DNA of 64,000 nt, taken from the sequence record PP596839.1; one strand, given 5' to 3'. Below the pieces are notes generated by a model that was not told where the DNA came from, did not search any database, and was given only the letters and a program-made list of their open reading frames with translations. Below are positions 11,660 to 24,827 of this stretch, piece by piece. Position numbers and translations under genes: made by a program. Origin of the DNA: Pseudomonas phage WP1. Numbering within the stretch: position 1 is the first letter of the stretch; the number at the start of each line of letters is the position of its first letter.

Positions 11660-12403
11660 GGGAAGCCAGACGCCTTCCGGCTGTTCCCTCCATGGGCCAG
11701 CACGTCGGTCCCTTTGAGCAATTCTTCCGGCGGAACATCATGAATTCCAGACATCGCCCTGAGTCCATCGACCGCAGAGAACTGCCGCGAGTGTAGATGC
11801 ACGCCGAACATACTGAACGACCTGATTTCCCTGGCCATTACGCTGCTGGGCTCCCCATGACCCTGATATAGAAAGGCCGATCCCGACTGGCCAAATCATA
11901 CTCTAGAGCGGTGATTACATCACTGCCGCTAACGCCTGGATTAATGAGAGATTCGACCGCGACACCGCCAGCCACGCGAATCGACGGTTCAAACAGGCAC
12001 TGAAATTCCACGCCCCATTCCGACCATGAAGGGATTCCGACGAATGAGCTAAATGCTGGCGACTTCATCCGGACGAATGCCCCTGTCCCGATCCTTCACG
12101 ACCAAAATGTCATCATCGACGAACGCGGCCACATCCGGCAATATACATATCCTGAACTGACGCCAGGACTGCCGACGCGACGATGATCGAACGGCCCGGA
12201 TTCTTCAAAACCTGATCACTGTCACTGGTATCGCAGATGAAGTTCAACCCCATTTCACCTGCGCCCCATTCGACGAACTTCACAAACGTCATACTGGCTG
12301 GCGGCATATTTCGAATTGTCTTCGTCCTATCGACCTGCCCTGTGTAGCACTGGATGCGAATTCCAATATCCGGTGGCGGCGAAATGATATCAACAATGGC
12401 CAC
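11656..12403 (-). CDS. Two or three small baseplate/tail-module genes (frameshifted, boundaries unresolved)
   Basis: ORF fragments 11656-11838, 11838-12068 and 12113-12403. Confidence 0.25.
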
Positions 12404-12487
12404 TTCGCCGACAAATACCCTGGAAACCTGTTCTCGGCCCTGATCGGAATAGCCGGCCTCAACCGATACCTGATCATCAGTTCGTCT

Positions 12488-13053
12488 TCAATGCCTCTGA
12501 CACTGCCGGTGCTTCCACGCTGTGAACTGCGACAGAAGAGACTCGCGCAACTGCGTGATGAGTCCAAAGATTTCCAGGGTAGCTCGGTTCTGAATTCGCA
12601 ATGCAGCCTTCATAATCCGGACCCGAACATCCAGGTCTTCACGAATGATTTCGGGTCCATCGGGCATACTGGACCTGACTCGCAAAATTCTCTTTTTCAT
12701 CAGTAGAGTATCTTCACTGCGGAATCGCTCTGGGCATCTGGACTGCCGTAGTCGCACTGGCCTGCGGCCTCCTTCCTGAATATCTCGCGAGCCTCTTCCG
12801 GAGAATTCGCGCCGGTAACGCTGACCAACATATCGATTCGACCGATGGTCAGCTCCTGGCCGCGCCCTGGAGCGCTCTTCAGAAGCTGCTCGCCGTACGT
12901 CCTGAGAATATCCATTTCTCGCGATGCGGCGTTCACCTGGCAATGGCTTCGGCGAGCCTGGCTGGAGACAGGAATACGCTGCTGGCTTCGGTCGCGGCGG
13001 CACTGATCTCCTGCCTCCCTGCCCAGGATGGCCTGGCTGTATCCGAATAGCAA
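12488..13053 (-). CDS. Tail/baseplate-module protein (frameshifted)
   Basis: Overlapping ORF fragments 12488-13003 and 12700-13053, immediately downstream of the tape measure gene. Confidence 0.25.
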
Positions 13054-13054
13054 G

Positions 13055-15700
13055 TCAGAACGGCTGATTTCGCGGCGCCATGACCTGGCTGGGGTTAACG
13101 CCGATCACCTGCGCAATGGCTCCGGCAATCGGCTGGGCCTGGATGCCCTGCTGGTCTCGCCGCGAACCTGATTCGGGAACTTCCGGAATCCAGAGCCTGC
13201 CCGGTCGGCCTCCTGACGCCTGAGACATCTGAGGATTTCGCCGTCGCTGCGGCCTGGCCATACGGTCGATGATGCGAATTTCCGGTCGCACAACCCTGTC
13301 GTCATATCGACGGGCTTCGCGGCGCTCATCTTCCTTCTGCCCTGGCCTGGGGTTTCCAGTCGCCCGCCATCATAGGGACGAATGTCCATGTCGCCGCCTT
13401 CCGGGGCGAACGTCTCGCTGGCGACGGTAATGGCCGCAGCCTCCTGCTGCGCTGAGCCTCTTCCATCAGCTCGACTGGAGCGCTCATTACCAAACCCGGA
13501 CATGCGCGAGTCACTGGGCCCCAGTTCTTCGGATCGAGTCCGCCATGATACCATGTCAAGGCCAACCGCAATATCACCATCTGCTCGATCTAGGTTTTCA
13601 CGCAGTAGGCGCGTTCCGCCGAGGATGTCCTGGCGAGGGTCATATACGTCAGATGATACCATACGCCCTGGCGATTTCCGGCATCGGCTGCATGAGGCCT
13701 TTCGCTGCCGGCTTCGCTGGTGGCCCTGGCGCTGAATCGGCTTTCGGTGTAATGAGTTACTGATGTCCAGCTCAGGAATGCTGTACATCTTCGAAGCATC
13801 TTTGATGATATCGCTGATGTACGATGGAACGGTGACCGGCCCTGCCTTGCGCTGCGGCGAGCATGCGACTGCAAAGAGCTGGGCACCGACTGGCTGGCCG
13901 AAGACCTGTCCGGCCGCGCCACTCTTCGACTGATCATAGATCGCCGTGCGGATAGACGCCGGTGGCCCGCGAAGTCGGCGCGATGCTTCCAATGCCGACC
14001 GCCCGACCAATTTCCCCCGCCCAGGCTGCCCAAGCCTGGCGCTCGTCAACGGCATTCGCGAACGACGATACCGCGCCACTGAACATGCTGATCGCCACCG
14101 CAAAATCACTGGTAGACTTAATCGGCCTGGTCAGCCAGCTTCTCTAGCTCTTTAATGGACTTAGTCGCCCTGTCCTGGTCTTATTGTTTCTGGCCAGGTC
14201 TTCGCTGGCCTGAGCGCCGGGAACCTTGTCCCTGTCGATGGCCCTGATTCTCCAATGCCGCGACGAGTCCCCCACGCTGCCAGGCGACCGAGCAGGGCGC
14301 CGGGGCTGAGGAGGGATAGGATATCACTGCCAACGGTCGCCTTCCCGAGCACTCCATCTTCCCAACGGGACCTGGTGTCCTTCGCGAAGCTTTCCACTTC
14401 ACTGGGAATCGCCTGGACTATACCTGTCAATGATTTCGATCGCCTGGTGAACGCAGGCGCGAGCTTTTCGCCGACTCGGTTTTCCAGGGTAATGAACGCC
14501 TGGCTGAGATTCGCCAGGGCATCGCTGAATTTCCTGGATACTGGACTCGCCCTGGACCTGGACTGGAGTTCCGCAGTCGTCATCTCGATGACTTTTCCAA
14601 TGGCCGGGCCGATCTTCGCCAGGGTGCTCAGGTAATCTCGCGAGACGCCAAGGGCATCAGCGTAGGCAGAAATTTCGTCCGGCTTCAGCCTGGCCATTTT
14701 GATGGCCAGATCGGTGATGATGTCGCTGAGCGGCCGCATGCCCTGCTGGAAGCTCCCGACATCGACGCCGGCCATACGCAGAATTCGCGCTTCCGGGCCG
14801 ACTCGCCCGATATCGCGATAAGCACGCCGGAAAATGCCTGCCAGATTTCTGGTCATCTCCGCGCCCTGCTCGCGGCTGATGGTTCCACCGGACTGGCGAA
14901 CGAATTTACCTGGTACTCTTCCAAGCGTGCCGGGGCGATGCCGATGTCCATCGCCTGGATGCGCTGCTGACTGTCCTGGTCCTGGTGTTAATGAACGCCC
15001 TGACGCCGGCCGCGACCAGGGCCACGCCGATGGCGCCTACTGCCAGCTGCGCGTTCATTCCGCGAACTGCGCTCGTCACAGAATCAACCTGCGGAACGAC
15101 CCTGCCGAGTTCGGTGGCCGCGCCGCCTGCGAATGGCGCAAATCCTGAAGGCCACTCGTCAATGCGCTGTTCACGCGCCTGACCTGGTCCTGGAGGCGCT
15201 CCAGATTGCGCTCGGCCTCTGGCAGTATCAGCCTCATACCGAAGCATGAATTCATCCAAATCACTGACCATGAATCACTCCGGCTGCTGGCGAGTCCTTC
15301 GGCGATCTTCACTCCTCGACCAATGCGCCTGGACGCCTCGGCCAGAAATGCAATGGCCAGCCTGCGATCCGACCTGTTCCCAATAGTCCGGCCGGTCGGC
15401 CGTGCCGTGGCCGGGTCGATGCCACCTGCTGAGAACAGAGCTGAAAACCAGTTCCACGTTCTTCCAGATGGCCGAGATGGCTACTGATGACTGCCGCGGT
15501 GGTCAGCGGAATGCCGGCGTCATCGTCGCCAAGCAGCACTTTCGCATAGCCCAGGATTTCCATGGTGAAAGAGCGGCGGAAGTCTGAATCTGGCTGACAG
15601 CGAATTCGACGAAACGGCGCTGGAGGTCCCAGCCATCCAATGCCGACCACGCCTCGACCTGTACACGAGCTGACGGCCATCGGGAAAGACTGATTTCAAC
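13055..15700 (-). CDS. Tail length tape measure protein (frameshifted)
   Basis: Fragments such as GVDVGSFQQGMRPLSDIITDLAIKMARLKPDEISAYADALGVSRDYLSTLAKIGPAIGKV and AQLAVGAIGVALVAAG are typical of tape-measure helical regions. The span of about 2.6 kb fits. Confidence 0.5.
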
Positions 15701-15719
15701 CATGATACATCCTCAGAAG

Positions 15720-16980
15720 TCGCTGGTCACGCGATTATATAGCGATTCTGCGGCCGAAGATATCGAATCGCCGATGGCGCCCAAATCCAGCAAATTAGCA
15801 TCAGAAAGAGACTGAACCTGTACCCCATAAGTCGGACTATCTGAGGGAACGCAGGATCGAATTCATTCAATACTGGAGGCTCAACCTGCTCGAATTCCAT
15901 ACTGATCTCAGCCGCGTTCGAACATGCCTGGAGACTGATCTACATCGAGCGCCATGATGGCCATTTTATCGGCCAATATCGACTTAGAAGATGATAGCGA
16001 AAGTCGAGGTGTTATCACTGAAAGCGTTAATGATACTTTCAACGATGGACAGGTCCGGACGGATCGCACTGATGCGGAGTCGCACCGGCTGGATGATCTT
16101 TCCATTCTTCACATCAATGTCCAGAGCTTCGGATGTACACTGAGCTTCCGGCCTGGTCTTTCGTCGCCAGAGGTTTCGACACTACGGAAGCCGGCGAGTA
16201 AATTTCCACTTTCTGACCTGAAGACTCTTCCAGACAGGAAGCCTTGGTAACATCACTGCGCAGTGGTAGAGAGTAGGCGTGCTAGAATAGGCCTGAGGAA
16301 AGAGTTCAACTGGCACCTCAGAACAAGCCTGCGGCGTTCATGGACGCCGTTTACTGCGTAGTCGAACAGATCGCCGGCCGAGCCAACCACGTCTTCAGCT
16401 AGGGCCAGCCCTCGGTCGATCATAGAAGAGTCCCCTGCATTCCTCGAACATTATACGCCTGGGATCCTGGACAGAACCTGGGAGAATGTCAGCCGCGCAG
16501 GAGTCGCCGATATCATATCCGGAGCCTGACTGAGCACTTCGCTGGTACACATCATCCGTTCGAATACCAATGCCGCGAGTGATGACCCTGTACAGACCTG
16601 TCGCGATCCAGGAGCAACTGACTGACCTGATCGACGACATCAACTGAAGGGCAAAATACTTCGACAATGATTTCCATAGGATAGATCGTCCTGGAATCCA
16701 TCTGGTCGTACCATCTTCCAGCATCCTGGCGCTGCCCTACAGAAGAAAACCGGGTGCTGACCCGGCTTATCCTCAAATCCGCAGCAACTCACTGGCTGTG
16801 CCCTGGTCCACAATCGAAAAAGATCGCGAACTTAGGAGGCTGGTGAAAATCCCCAACATCAGACCACCTCCAGCACCGACTGGATAACGTTCAAATGGCC
16901 TGACGCGCAGCCTGGGCGCCAAGATAGCTACCGAAAACAAAAATGTACATGCTGCCTGCGTCATCCGGATGCCCTCCATG
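15720..16980 (-). CDS. Tail assembly / tail structural genes (several, unresolved, frameshifted)
   Basis: Several short ORFs between the tape measure and the tube-like gene. A chaperone pair with a programmed frameshift may be here but cannot be separated from the indel noise. Confidence 0.2.
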
Positions 16981-17063
16981 GTGTCGATGGCCGGACCCTT
17001 GATGATAGTCCCACTGGACAGAACGGTGCGGCCGCCATCAGGAAGAGATGGCCACGAGAGTCG

Positions 17064-17327
17064 TCATATCCGGGATGCTGCCCGGAAGAAACCTGAATGA
17101 TCCCTTTCTGGAACTGAGAAGGATGCGAAGGTTAATATCATCCTCGCTCCTGCGATGACGGATACAGATACTTCCAGAGGAGCAGCCCTGTCAAAGGCGA
17201 ATAGGCCGCCGTCATAAAGCATCTCATACCCGAACGGCTCAAGCTCTTCTGAGGATATCGGACTCTCATCATCAGCAAACTTCGACAAGGAAAACCCCAT
17301 CGGGAACGACGAGGCTGAAACTATCAC
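17064..17327 (-). CDS. Small structural protein with an FADDxxPI motif, paralog A (tail tube-like by position)
   Basis: ..SLSKFADDESPISSEELEPFGYEMLYDGGLFAFDRAAPLEVSVSVIAGARM is paralogous to 18568-18885. Confidence 0.35.
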   Translation of the reverse strand: MIVSASSFPMGFSLSKFADDESPISSEELEPFGYEMLYDGGLFAFDRAAPLEVSVSVIAGARMILTFASFSVPERDHSGFFRAASRI

Positions 17328-17404
17328 AATTCCAGTGCCGAAGCCGCTGACGCTGATGATGTCGAGTCCTTACTTCCTGGTGGTTCTGCGAACCATGGGC
17401 CTGG

Positions 17405-17797
17405 TCATGGCGGAAGCCTCTTTAGCGGCCGTAGAGGCACCTGCCTCGGTCTTTTCTTCACTGGCAGTAGTCGGGGGCGTCTCGGCCCCTTTCTCGTCGC
17501 CTCGCCCGCTGCAGGGGCTTCCTGGGCGCTTTCCGGGGTCGATCCGGCCGCAGGGTTGCCGGTCGATTCCGGAGCGGGGCTGGAAGCCCCGTTGTCGACA
17601 TTCGGATCGACGTTTACCGGGGGAACGGGAATACCGGCCGACGAAGAGTCGCCCTTGCCAGTGTTCTTTTCGCGGTCCAGCCCTTCCAGGTCTTCGACCA
17701 ACGGGCTGAAAGAAGGAAGCGGGTCCAGGAGCGGCGGGTTCCTGCCGTCCAAGAACGGCTGGGTGCCGCTGGCGTACTGGATGCGAATGGTACTCAT
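17405..17797 (-). CDS. Hypothetical Pro/Ala-rich protein (130 aa)
   Basis: RBS caggag upstream; start overlaps the upstream gene's stop (ATGA). Confidence 0.3.
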   Translation of the reverse strand: MSTIRIQYASGTQPFLDGRNPPLLDPLPSFSPLVEDLEGLDREKNTGKGDSSSAGIPVPPVNVDPNVDNGASSPAPESTGNPAAGSTPESAQEAPAAGEATRKGPRRPRLLPVKKRPRQVPLRPLKRLPP

Positions 17798-18471
17798 TTC
17801 AAACTCCTGCAGTTACAGGTCCAATGGATAGTGATGACTTTCGCATCGACGCCGAAGACTTCACCGGTGATGTCGATGTCAAGCTGCTCGATGCCGGTCA
17901 CGTCCGGCGATGACAAAATCGCATCAGCGATGGATTTTCGAGCGTCATCATAACTCTCCTGCGGCGAGAAGATGTATTCAAAATATCCCACGCCGGCGTT
18001 CACATCGAAAATGTTTTCGCCGATGCGCCATGAGCATCGCCGCCCGAACGTCCTGGGCACACGCTTCTACATCCTGAGAATGGCAATGTTTCCACTGTCG
18101 TCCAAAAGGATATCACTGTTCGCCCCGGTTCTGATCGCTGGATCTGCTCATTCTTTCCTCATGGCCAGCGCTTGATCTCCTGCGAACTCGACACCGTCCA
18201 GATAAAACGGTTAATGCCGTCGCCGAACAACGTCCAATCGGCGTCACGATCGAAAACGAAACTGCCATAGTCGGGTCGATACTGGTGACTATCCTGGAGA
18301 AGCGGAATTCCGCCGAAGCAGCGGACCCCATGGCAAACGATCACACCGTCGCGGCTGATATCGGCATTCATCATATCCAGATTCCTGGTACAGACGAATT
18401 TTCCAATCACTGCTGCCGGCGTTCAATGAAATCACCTGATTCGGGACTGCTGTCAGCGGAATCTTCTTCAT
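17794..18471 (-). CDS. Hypothetical virion protein (frameshifted)
   Basis: Fragments MKKIPLTAVPNQVISLNAG..DWKIRLYQ, LDMMNADISRDGVIVC and NSDILLDDSGNIAIL. Confidence 0.3.
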
Positions 18472-18567
18472 CAGCTAGTACCGGCTCTGACCACTTTCTC
18501 GAAACGGAATCGATACGGCTTCGTCTTCAGGCGGCCAACGCTCGCCACCGCACTGATCAGAACGCCG

Positions 18568-18885
18568 TCAATGGGAGTGCCGCTGGTACAGGTGATTCTG
18601 CTGCCGGCCTGGCATCGCCACGACCAGGCCGATGACATCGCGAGCACCCGACCTGTCTTTTCCGGTGCGGCTGGCATCCAGCAGGACGGCCAAGCTGCGC
18701 TCACCCTCGGTGTTCGGGATGACGCTGACGACGACTTCCAGAATACTGGCCCGGTTCCAAACTACCATATCGCCATTCAGGCCGACGCCGGTATCGGCCG
18801 CAATGAACAGCGGGCTGTCGATGGGGTCCGCATCATCAGCGAACTCGGTCACGGTGAATCCGTTCGGGAAGGTTCTCCCTGCCAA
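18568..18885 (-). CDS. Small structural protein with an FADDxxPI motif, paralog B (tail tube-like by position)
   Basis: FTVTEFADDADPIDSPLFIAADTGVGLNGDMVVWNRASILEVVVSVIP. Lies directly downstream of the sheath gene. Confidence 0.4.
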   Translation of the reverse strand: MAGRTFPNGFTVTEFADDADPIDSPLFIAADTGVGLNGDMVVWNRASILEVVVSVIPNTEGERSLAVLLDASRTGKDRSGARDVIGLVVAMPGRQQNHLYQRHSH

Positions 18886-19046
18886 TCAACTGGGCAATCG
18901 AGCCGAACGCAGAAATGCTGATCACTGCTTATTCCTCACTCCATTAATGGAAGGCTGCGGCGGTCGAGTCCGCCGCAAACCGTTAGATCATTACATCCGA
19001 TCCTTCGACGAAGCGGACTGCGTCGCCCTTCGAATAGATCAGGGTG

Positions 19047-20520
19047 TCAGCTGGCCTTCCACTCGGTCAAGCCGATACTACTGCGTATGACTGGAGAAGG
19101 TGATGCTGATCCAATAACCCAAGGCCTGGACCTGACGCCAGGCGCGACGATCACCGATGATTCTGGGTAATGTACTACCTGCTGAACGGCGCTGATGTCC
19201 CTGCCATAGATGAAAGTGCCGCTGGAAGTCGCCCTGTCCAGAACCGGCTGGAGGACGGCCAGAGTCATCGCTTCGCCTACCATCCTGGCCGGAACGGCAT
19301 TCACATTCAGGAAAAGATCCAGAAGAGCCTGGGCGATGGCGGACTTCAGCCAGATTTCGCTGGCGTAGACGTTGATGTCCACCGCATCGGTCGGACCGCC
19401 ACACAGAATGCCGCGCTGGTAGAACGCGAGCTGCTGGCCGCTGGCCTGGGTGACGCCGATGTCGTTGCCACGGCTCCTGTCGACGGTGTTCGCAACGGTA
19501 TCGTCGGACACGGTAATGCTGCGGCCAGGGAACTGATAGTCCATGTTAGTCCTGCGAAGCGCCCGGCTCGTCATCACTGGTAGCAGCCAGGATTTCGCTG
19601 GGGCACTGCTCAACGAAGTCGCTGGAGGCAGTAGCAGACAGAACGTTCAACGCGGTTCCGGAGTTACCCTTCACCAAGTCGAAAAGAGCGCCGAGATTCG
19701 CCAGAGAGGTCGCAACCGTATAGATGAACTGGCTGTCCTCAGCCGCGTTCCAGGTCGACACTGCACCTGACCTGATCGCTGTCGAGGGTCGCCCCGGCGA
19801 ACAGGAACGAGCCGAAGCTACTGCTAGCACTGGTACTTCTGGCCACTGCCGCGTCGGGGAGGTCGGCCGCCTGGCCGGCGACGTTCACGACGCTGGAGGT
19901 GGACCAGCCGAGGGCGATGGGCCATGTCGCTGCGGATCGGCCGATTTCGCCACGGCCAGAACGCCGGTGCCGATGGTAGCGCCGACCAAGGTGAACTGGC
20001 TGGTGTTCGGATTCCAGGTGACGATGGCCTGGGCCAACTGCGGATCGGTGTTTCTGCGGATTTCGGCCTGGATGATCGACGCCACGCTGTCGATGGAAGT
20101 CGCGGCGGACGTATCAATGGCGGCGATGTTTTTCTCAGCCGCGCCGACCATGATGGTCAGAACGCCTGCGGAAAAGCCGGCGAAATCGGCAATGGTTTTC
20201 GGCAGGTTGTCGCCAACTACCATCGGCGCGATGGCGGTGTTTACCCAGCGAGCGAAGCTGATCCTGGACGGGGAACTGACGCTCTTGCTGATCGAACCTG
20301 AAATAGGCCGCAGCGCGCTGGTATTCTTCGGACTGGGCGCCGAAGTAAGACAGCACCGCGCTGGCACTGTCGAACTCAATGACGATTCCAGGCGGAATGA
20401 CGCTACTGGTCGGTAATGACGCGCAGAATCAGCTTTCGGCCTGCGACCGGAGCGCCTGCGCCTACGCCGGAAATGATCCGGATATAACGGCCCTGACTGA
20501 TCACTGGATGATCTCCTGGT
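19047..20520 (-). CDS. Tail sheath protein (frameshifted, about 490 aa)
   Basis: N-terminus [65 protein letters not shown], later ..[65 protein letters not shown], and a C-terminal fragment 19047-19613. Confidence 0.5.
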
Positions 20521-20898
20521 TCATGTTACCTCCTGCTAATCGACTGAAGCCGCCCTGAGCCGTATCGACCAGCGGCCTGCTGAAACCCTTTCTCCTGACC
20601 GTAGATGCCTGAGTTAGCCACCAATGGCCCGGTCCTTATGCTCCTGGCCATGTCTCCTTCCAACGCCAGGCCGACCTGGGCAAGCGCTTGATCCGGCATG
20701 ACCTGTCCCTGGCCAGCCTAATGGCTATTCGATCCTCAACTACTGCGCGACCTGCGGAAAATAAGTTCCAAGCATATCGCATAAACGGTCGAGCCGGACT
20801 GTAATCACCTGAGGTCCTGTTACCTCGGTTTCTCCCGGAAAATCGTTCCTGACGAACCGAACGCCAACAAACCGACCCCGAACAATGGCGTCCCTGAT

Positions 20899-22991
20899 CT
20901 ACCTGGTCCCGCCCGGATGGTCGATAGTTCCGCCGTACTCACTGAGGCGCGCGATTCTCGCGACCTGTATTCCGACCGATCCGCCCGCCTTATCAGGATA
21001 TCGAGCGGCTGAATACCATCCGGCAGAAACGGACCTGCCGCGCACTGCTCTTAACACCTGCAAGTGCGCGGCGATCAGTCCTGAATCGCGTCTCAGGCTC
21101 ACATGCCTATCAACGCCCCATCGGCCGACATCCTGCGTTTTGGTGCAGACGAATATACTGATTGTAAGTTACAACCAATGTCAAAAGCTGGGTGGAATTC
21201 GAACTGATGACTGTCGTTTTCAAATGCCTCGCTGGATAGTGAGACACGCGAAGGATGAGGAAGTCCAGTTCCTGACTCACTGAATGGTGGACCCGCCTGG
21301 AAATAAGCTCTCACATAACTGGCGATATCGGCTGCCGTTACTCCATGATCCAGCTCGGGTTCCTGCCAATGAAGGGAACTTACCTGAAAAGTCGTCTCGG
21401 CAGATCCTGTCGAGTAATTTCTACATATTTCCTGGCGGCGCTGTCCAGATACCAATCGGCTGCCGGCCAGCCGCGAGGGATGTCAAACAGCTTCCTGGAA
21501 GAAGACTGCAGGCTGGCTCACATGCCCTGCTGGGTCGGCTGGGCTTCCTGCACGACCTCAAAATCAGGAAACTGCAAAGTTTACTGGCTAACGTAATGGC
21601 GGAAGTAAGCTCGACCACCAATTTTTCTATCAGTTCGCCGTCGAACATAAGCCACCTAGAAAGTCAGGGTTCCGTCTTCAGCTGACCTGCTGTACCGATA
21701 TCCACGGCTAAGCAGACTCCCCAGCCGTCCTGATAAAACCAAGAGCACTGAGACTCTCGCTGAAAAACTCTTCCGGTCCAGATCAACTGGTCGCCGGCCA
21801 AATCTCGATCCAAGTCAACCATCTCAAAGCTGGCGAAGATCATGACGTAATTTCGCTGAAACTCCAGCTGAACTGGACGTACTGATCGCGACGAACCCCT
21901 GGATGGAAGCAGCCAACTGGAATGGCTCGCCAAACACAGAAACGTACTGCGCACTGGCTATTCTTCGTCCTGCTCGAACCTGCGATACTGGAACGAGCTG
22001 CGTTCCATGACGCTAAATGCCATACGCAGCAGATTCGCTCCAGGGATCACCAGAACGTCCCTCCAACCTTCCGGAACCCTCGGCGTCCTGGAAGGCCGCC
22101 GATGTAGAATCCGCCAACGGCACTGACACTCAGAAGCGCCCACAGTTCCTGACCGTAAGGCGTCCCGGAAAGCCACCACTGCCAACCATTCTGGCAGGGG
22201 GCGCGAGCCTGGCAACGCTAACCTCGCCGACCGTAGCGCTAGTGATGAAACCGCCCTGGGTCCCGCCTGCCCTGACCCCGCCACCGGCCACGCCCTGAAC
22301 CTGCATCGTCGACAGCGAAAGGAGGTGGGCCGTCAGAAGATACAGACAGGCCTCCAAAGCTCCTGCCACTGAGAATTCGGCATGGAGAATCTCGATCAGA
22401 AATGAATTCGCACGCAATGTCGAAATAAAGCTGCAGGCGCACAGCCGGATAGGACCCTGGGTCAGCAAACTCCGGAAACAGCCGTGCGAAACTCCTGCTC
22501 GTCGAAAATTACCATACCGAAACCCTCGGTTAAACCCGGAACTACTGTTCCTGGGAAGCGCTGGCAGTAGTCACTTTAATCTTCCTGCTTCAGGCGAGCA
22601 GAATCCAAGGGCTGAAAACCATCGCGCTCCATGGTGCGAGTCTCTTTCGCAATCCGCTGGTGGTCACTGGTGATGTCGGTTTTCACGACTCGCAGATAAC
22701 CTTTCTCCAGTATGCCGCCATGAAGATACTCTGGCCTGGAGCAGTTCGAAATCGGAATCGCTCACCGCCGATGCAATCGCCCTGCGGCGTCCAGATCGGG
22801 CGCCCGGATGCGTCGGAAATCATGTCGCCGAAGCCGGATGTTTCGGATGCAATGCCAGCGCGGCCGCGAATCAGCACCTTTACCTGGAGACGAGGGCTGG
22901 ACGGATCAGAGATGTCATACGCACTGTAAGACACGGACTGAGTCACTGCGGAAACAATGTAAACAGTCACTGGCGTAGTCCTATTAATCAT
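20899..22991 (-). CDS. Head-tail joining / head completion genes (about 4, unresolved, frameshifted)
   Basis: ORF fragments 20899-21102, 21099-21455, 21664-21954 and 22683-22991 lie between the capsid and sheath genes. Confidence 0.25.
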
Positions 22992-23070
22992 GCCCTAACC
23001 GGCCCCTACAACCGAGTCAGAGTCAAGTGAACAAAGGCCGGAAGCCCGGCACCTGGTGAGTCAGCATCGG

Positions 23071-24214
23071 TTAGATGCCGAGGTAGCGCACCACAGCCCA
23101 AGGGCGTCTGCAAAGAGCGCCGGCAGTGCCGCTGGAGAAATCCTCCACATACGACTTCGCCCGCTTTTCGACGCCAAGGGTGATGAAGCTGCCCTGAACC
23201 GGCTGGCTGAACACGCTGCCGCCATCGGTGCTGCCATCGACGGACGCGTCCACTTCTTCGACGAAGAGGACCAGGGCGTCTTCCGGCGTCTGGCCCTGCA
23301 CCTGGACGCCGGACAGCTCCGGAGCCGACACGATCCGCATCTTCGGATAGGCCTGTTCGATCCAGTCAGAAACCGAAATGCCGTAAGGCGTGGTCACCGA
23401 CAGGTAGTCCACCTTCCTGGTGGCCAGGGCCATGGTGATCTTCTCGGCCTTCGGGTCGACCTGGTCCTGGCCATGGATGCGCAGCTGGCGGACGGCCTCA
23501 CGGATATCCCCAATGATACCCGCCCAATCGGCAATGGCCCGGCCCTGGCTCGGCGAGGGCCTGGAACAGCGGCAGGCTGGGGTCATTCAGGAAACCATGG
23601 GTGCGGCTGCCCAGGCCGCCTGCCAGCCGTAAAAACCGATGGCGCTGCGGAAGATTTCCAGACCGATAGCCGCCTCCTGACGCTGGTTCCTGCGCTGTTC
23701 AGTCGAATGGCCGAAGCGCGGCCCTCTTCCAGAGTACCCACGAGCAGACCCAGCTCACCACGAACAATGGTGCGGCGCTGGAAGCTGGCGTTCCAACTGG
23801 TCAGCGGGATGCTGGTGTGGTCACCGTATTCCACCGCAATGCCGGCCGGCTCAACGATACCCTGAACGATTTCCTGGTCTTCCCAGGAGCCAACGGTGTC
23901 GATGCCGATGATCTCATCGATTTTCCGCGCGGCGGTAATGACCTTCACGAACCCAGGCAACCAGGCCTGAAGGAACTGGATGGGGGTCAGGAATCGACGG
24001 CGTGGTCACCGGGGCGGTGAAGGCCTGTCCAATGGCCGAGCCGGAACGGAATGCGCCGGCCTTCGCCAAGGCCCTGACCTGGTTAGTGGACAACGGCATG
24101 ATCGAATACCAGGCCGATGCGACCCAGGGCGGCCACGGCTTGATGGGTGACGTTCTTCAGGTCAAATGGCCGTGCCGTAACGGCCTGCGAGGCGCGAATG
24201 GGTCTTACTGGCAT
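23071..24214 (-). CDS. Major capsid protein (frameshifted)
   Basis: Strong RBS TAAGGAGG before ATG 24214. Fragments include [30 protein letters not shown], ..[18 protein letters not shown].. and ..[60 protein letters not shown]. Position follows the scaffold. Confidence 0.5.
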
Positions 24215-24230
24215 GGCTAATGACGCCTCC

Positions 24231-24825
24231 TTACTCCGTCGGCTGGACGATGGTAACGCCAGCTACCAGATTCCCTGCCGACTGGGCAGGCAGGCTGATG
24301 GCACTGACGATACGCGCTGGGGGCCTGAACCAGCCGCTCGCCATGGAGCCAGCCCTGAAACCGACCAGGGCGCCGGCCGGCAGGCCCAGGGCATTGTCGG
24401 CGGTAGGCAGGCTGTTCGGTACGCATGCCACCGGATCGCCGTAACTCAAATCCAGGGCGGTGGCGGCGCCGCTGAAGATTTCGACGACCAGGCCGGTGGC
24501 CATGTCGAAGAACTCGCCTTCGGAGCCATCGGGCAGGTCATCGCTGGGGGCCAGGGAATCGCCGGCCGACCCGTACAGAGCGTAATGCTTCGGGTGGCCG
24601 AGGATGCCGAAAAAGGCTGCGCCGCCGACCACGACTTCAGAAGCGCGCGCGGCAACGGTCTTCGGCTGGCCTTCACCGAGGGAGCCGACATCACCTGCGT
24701 AACCGAACGCGCCGACTGATGCGGCTGGGGCCGGTGGCAGTCGCGGCCGGAGTGACCAATGCCAACGCCATGATCCGACCCGGCCGCGCACGCTTCGGGC
24801 CGTCCTCGATCAGATCACCAGGAAA
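24231..24825 (-). CDS. Head protein (decoration-like or second capsid component; frameshifted)
   Basis: RBS GGGGGAG precedes ATG 24825. ..[53 protein letters not shown].. has a loose lambda gpD-like pattern. Confidence 0.35.
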
Positions 24826-24827
24826 AC

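Noticed and set aside
13105-14109. 334-aa Arg/Ser-rich minus-strand ORF
   Set aside because: It is an alternative frame of the tape-measure region. Composition is typical of off-frame translation of high-GC coding DNA, while tape-measure motifs lie in other frames.
15720-16300. Programmed -1 frameshift between tail assembly chaperone genes upstream of the tape measure
   Set aside because: Expected in many tailed phages, but the pervasive random frame changes here make it impossible to single out a slippery site.
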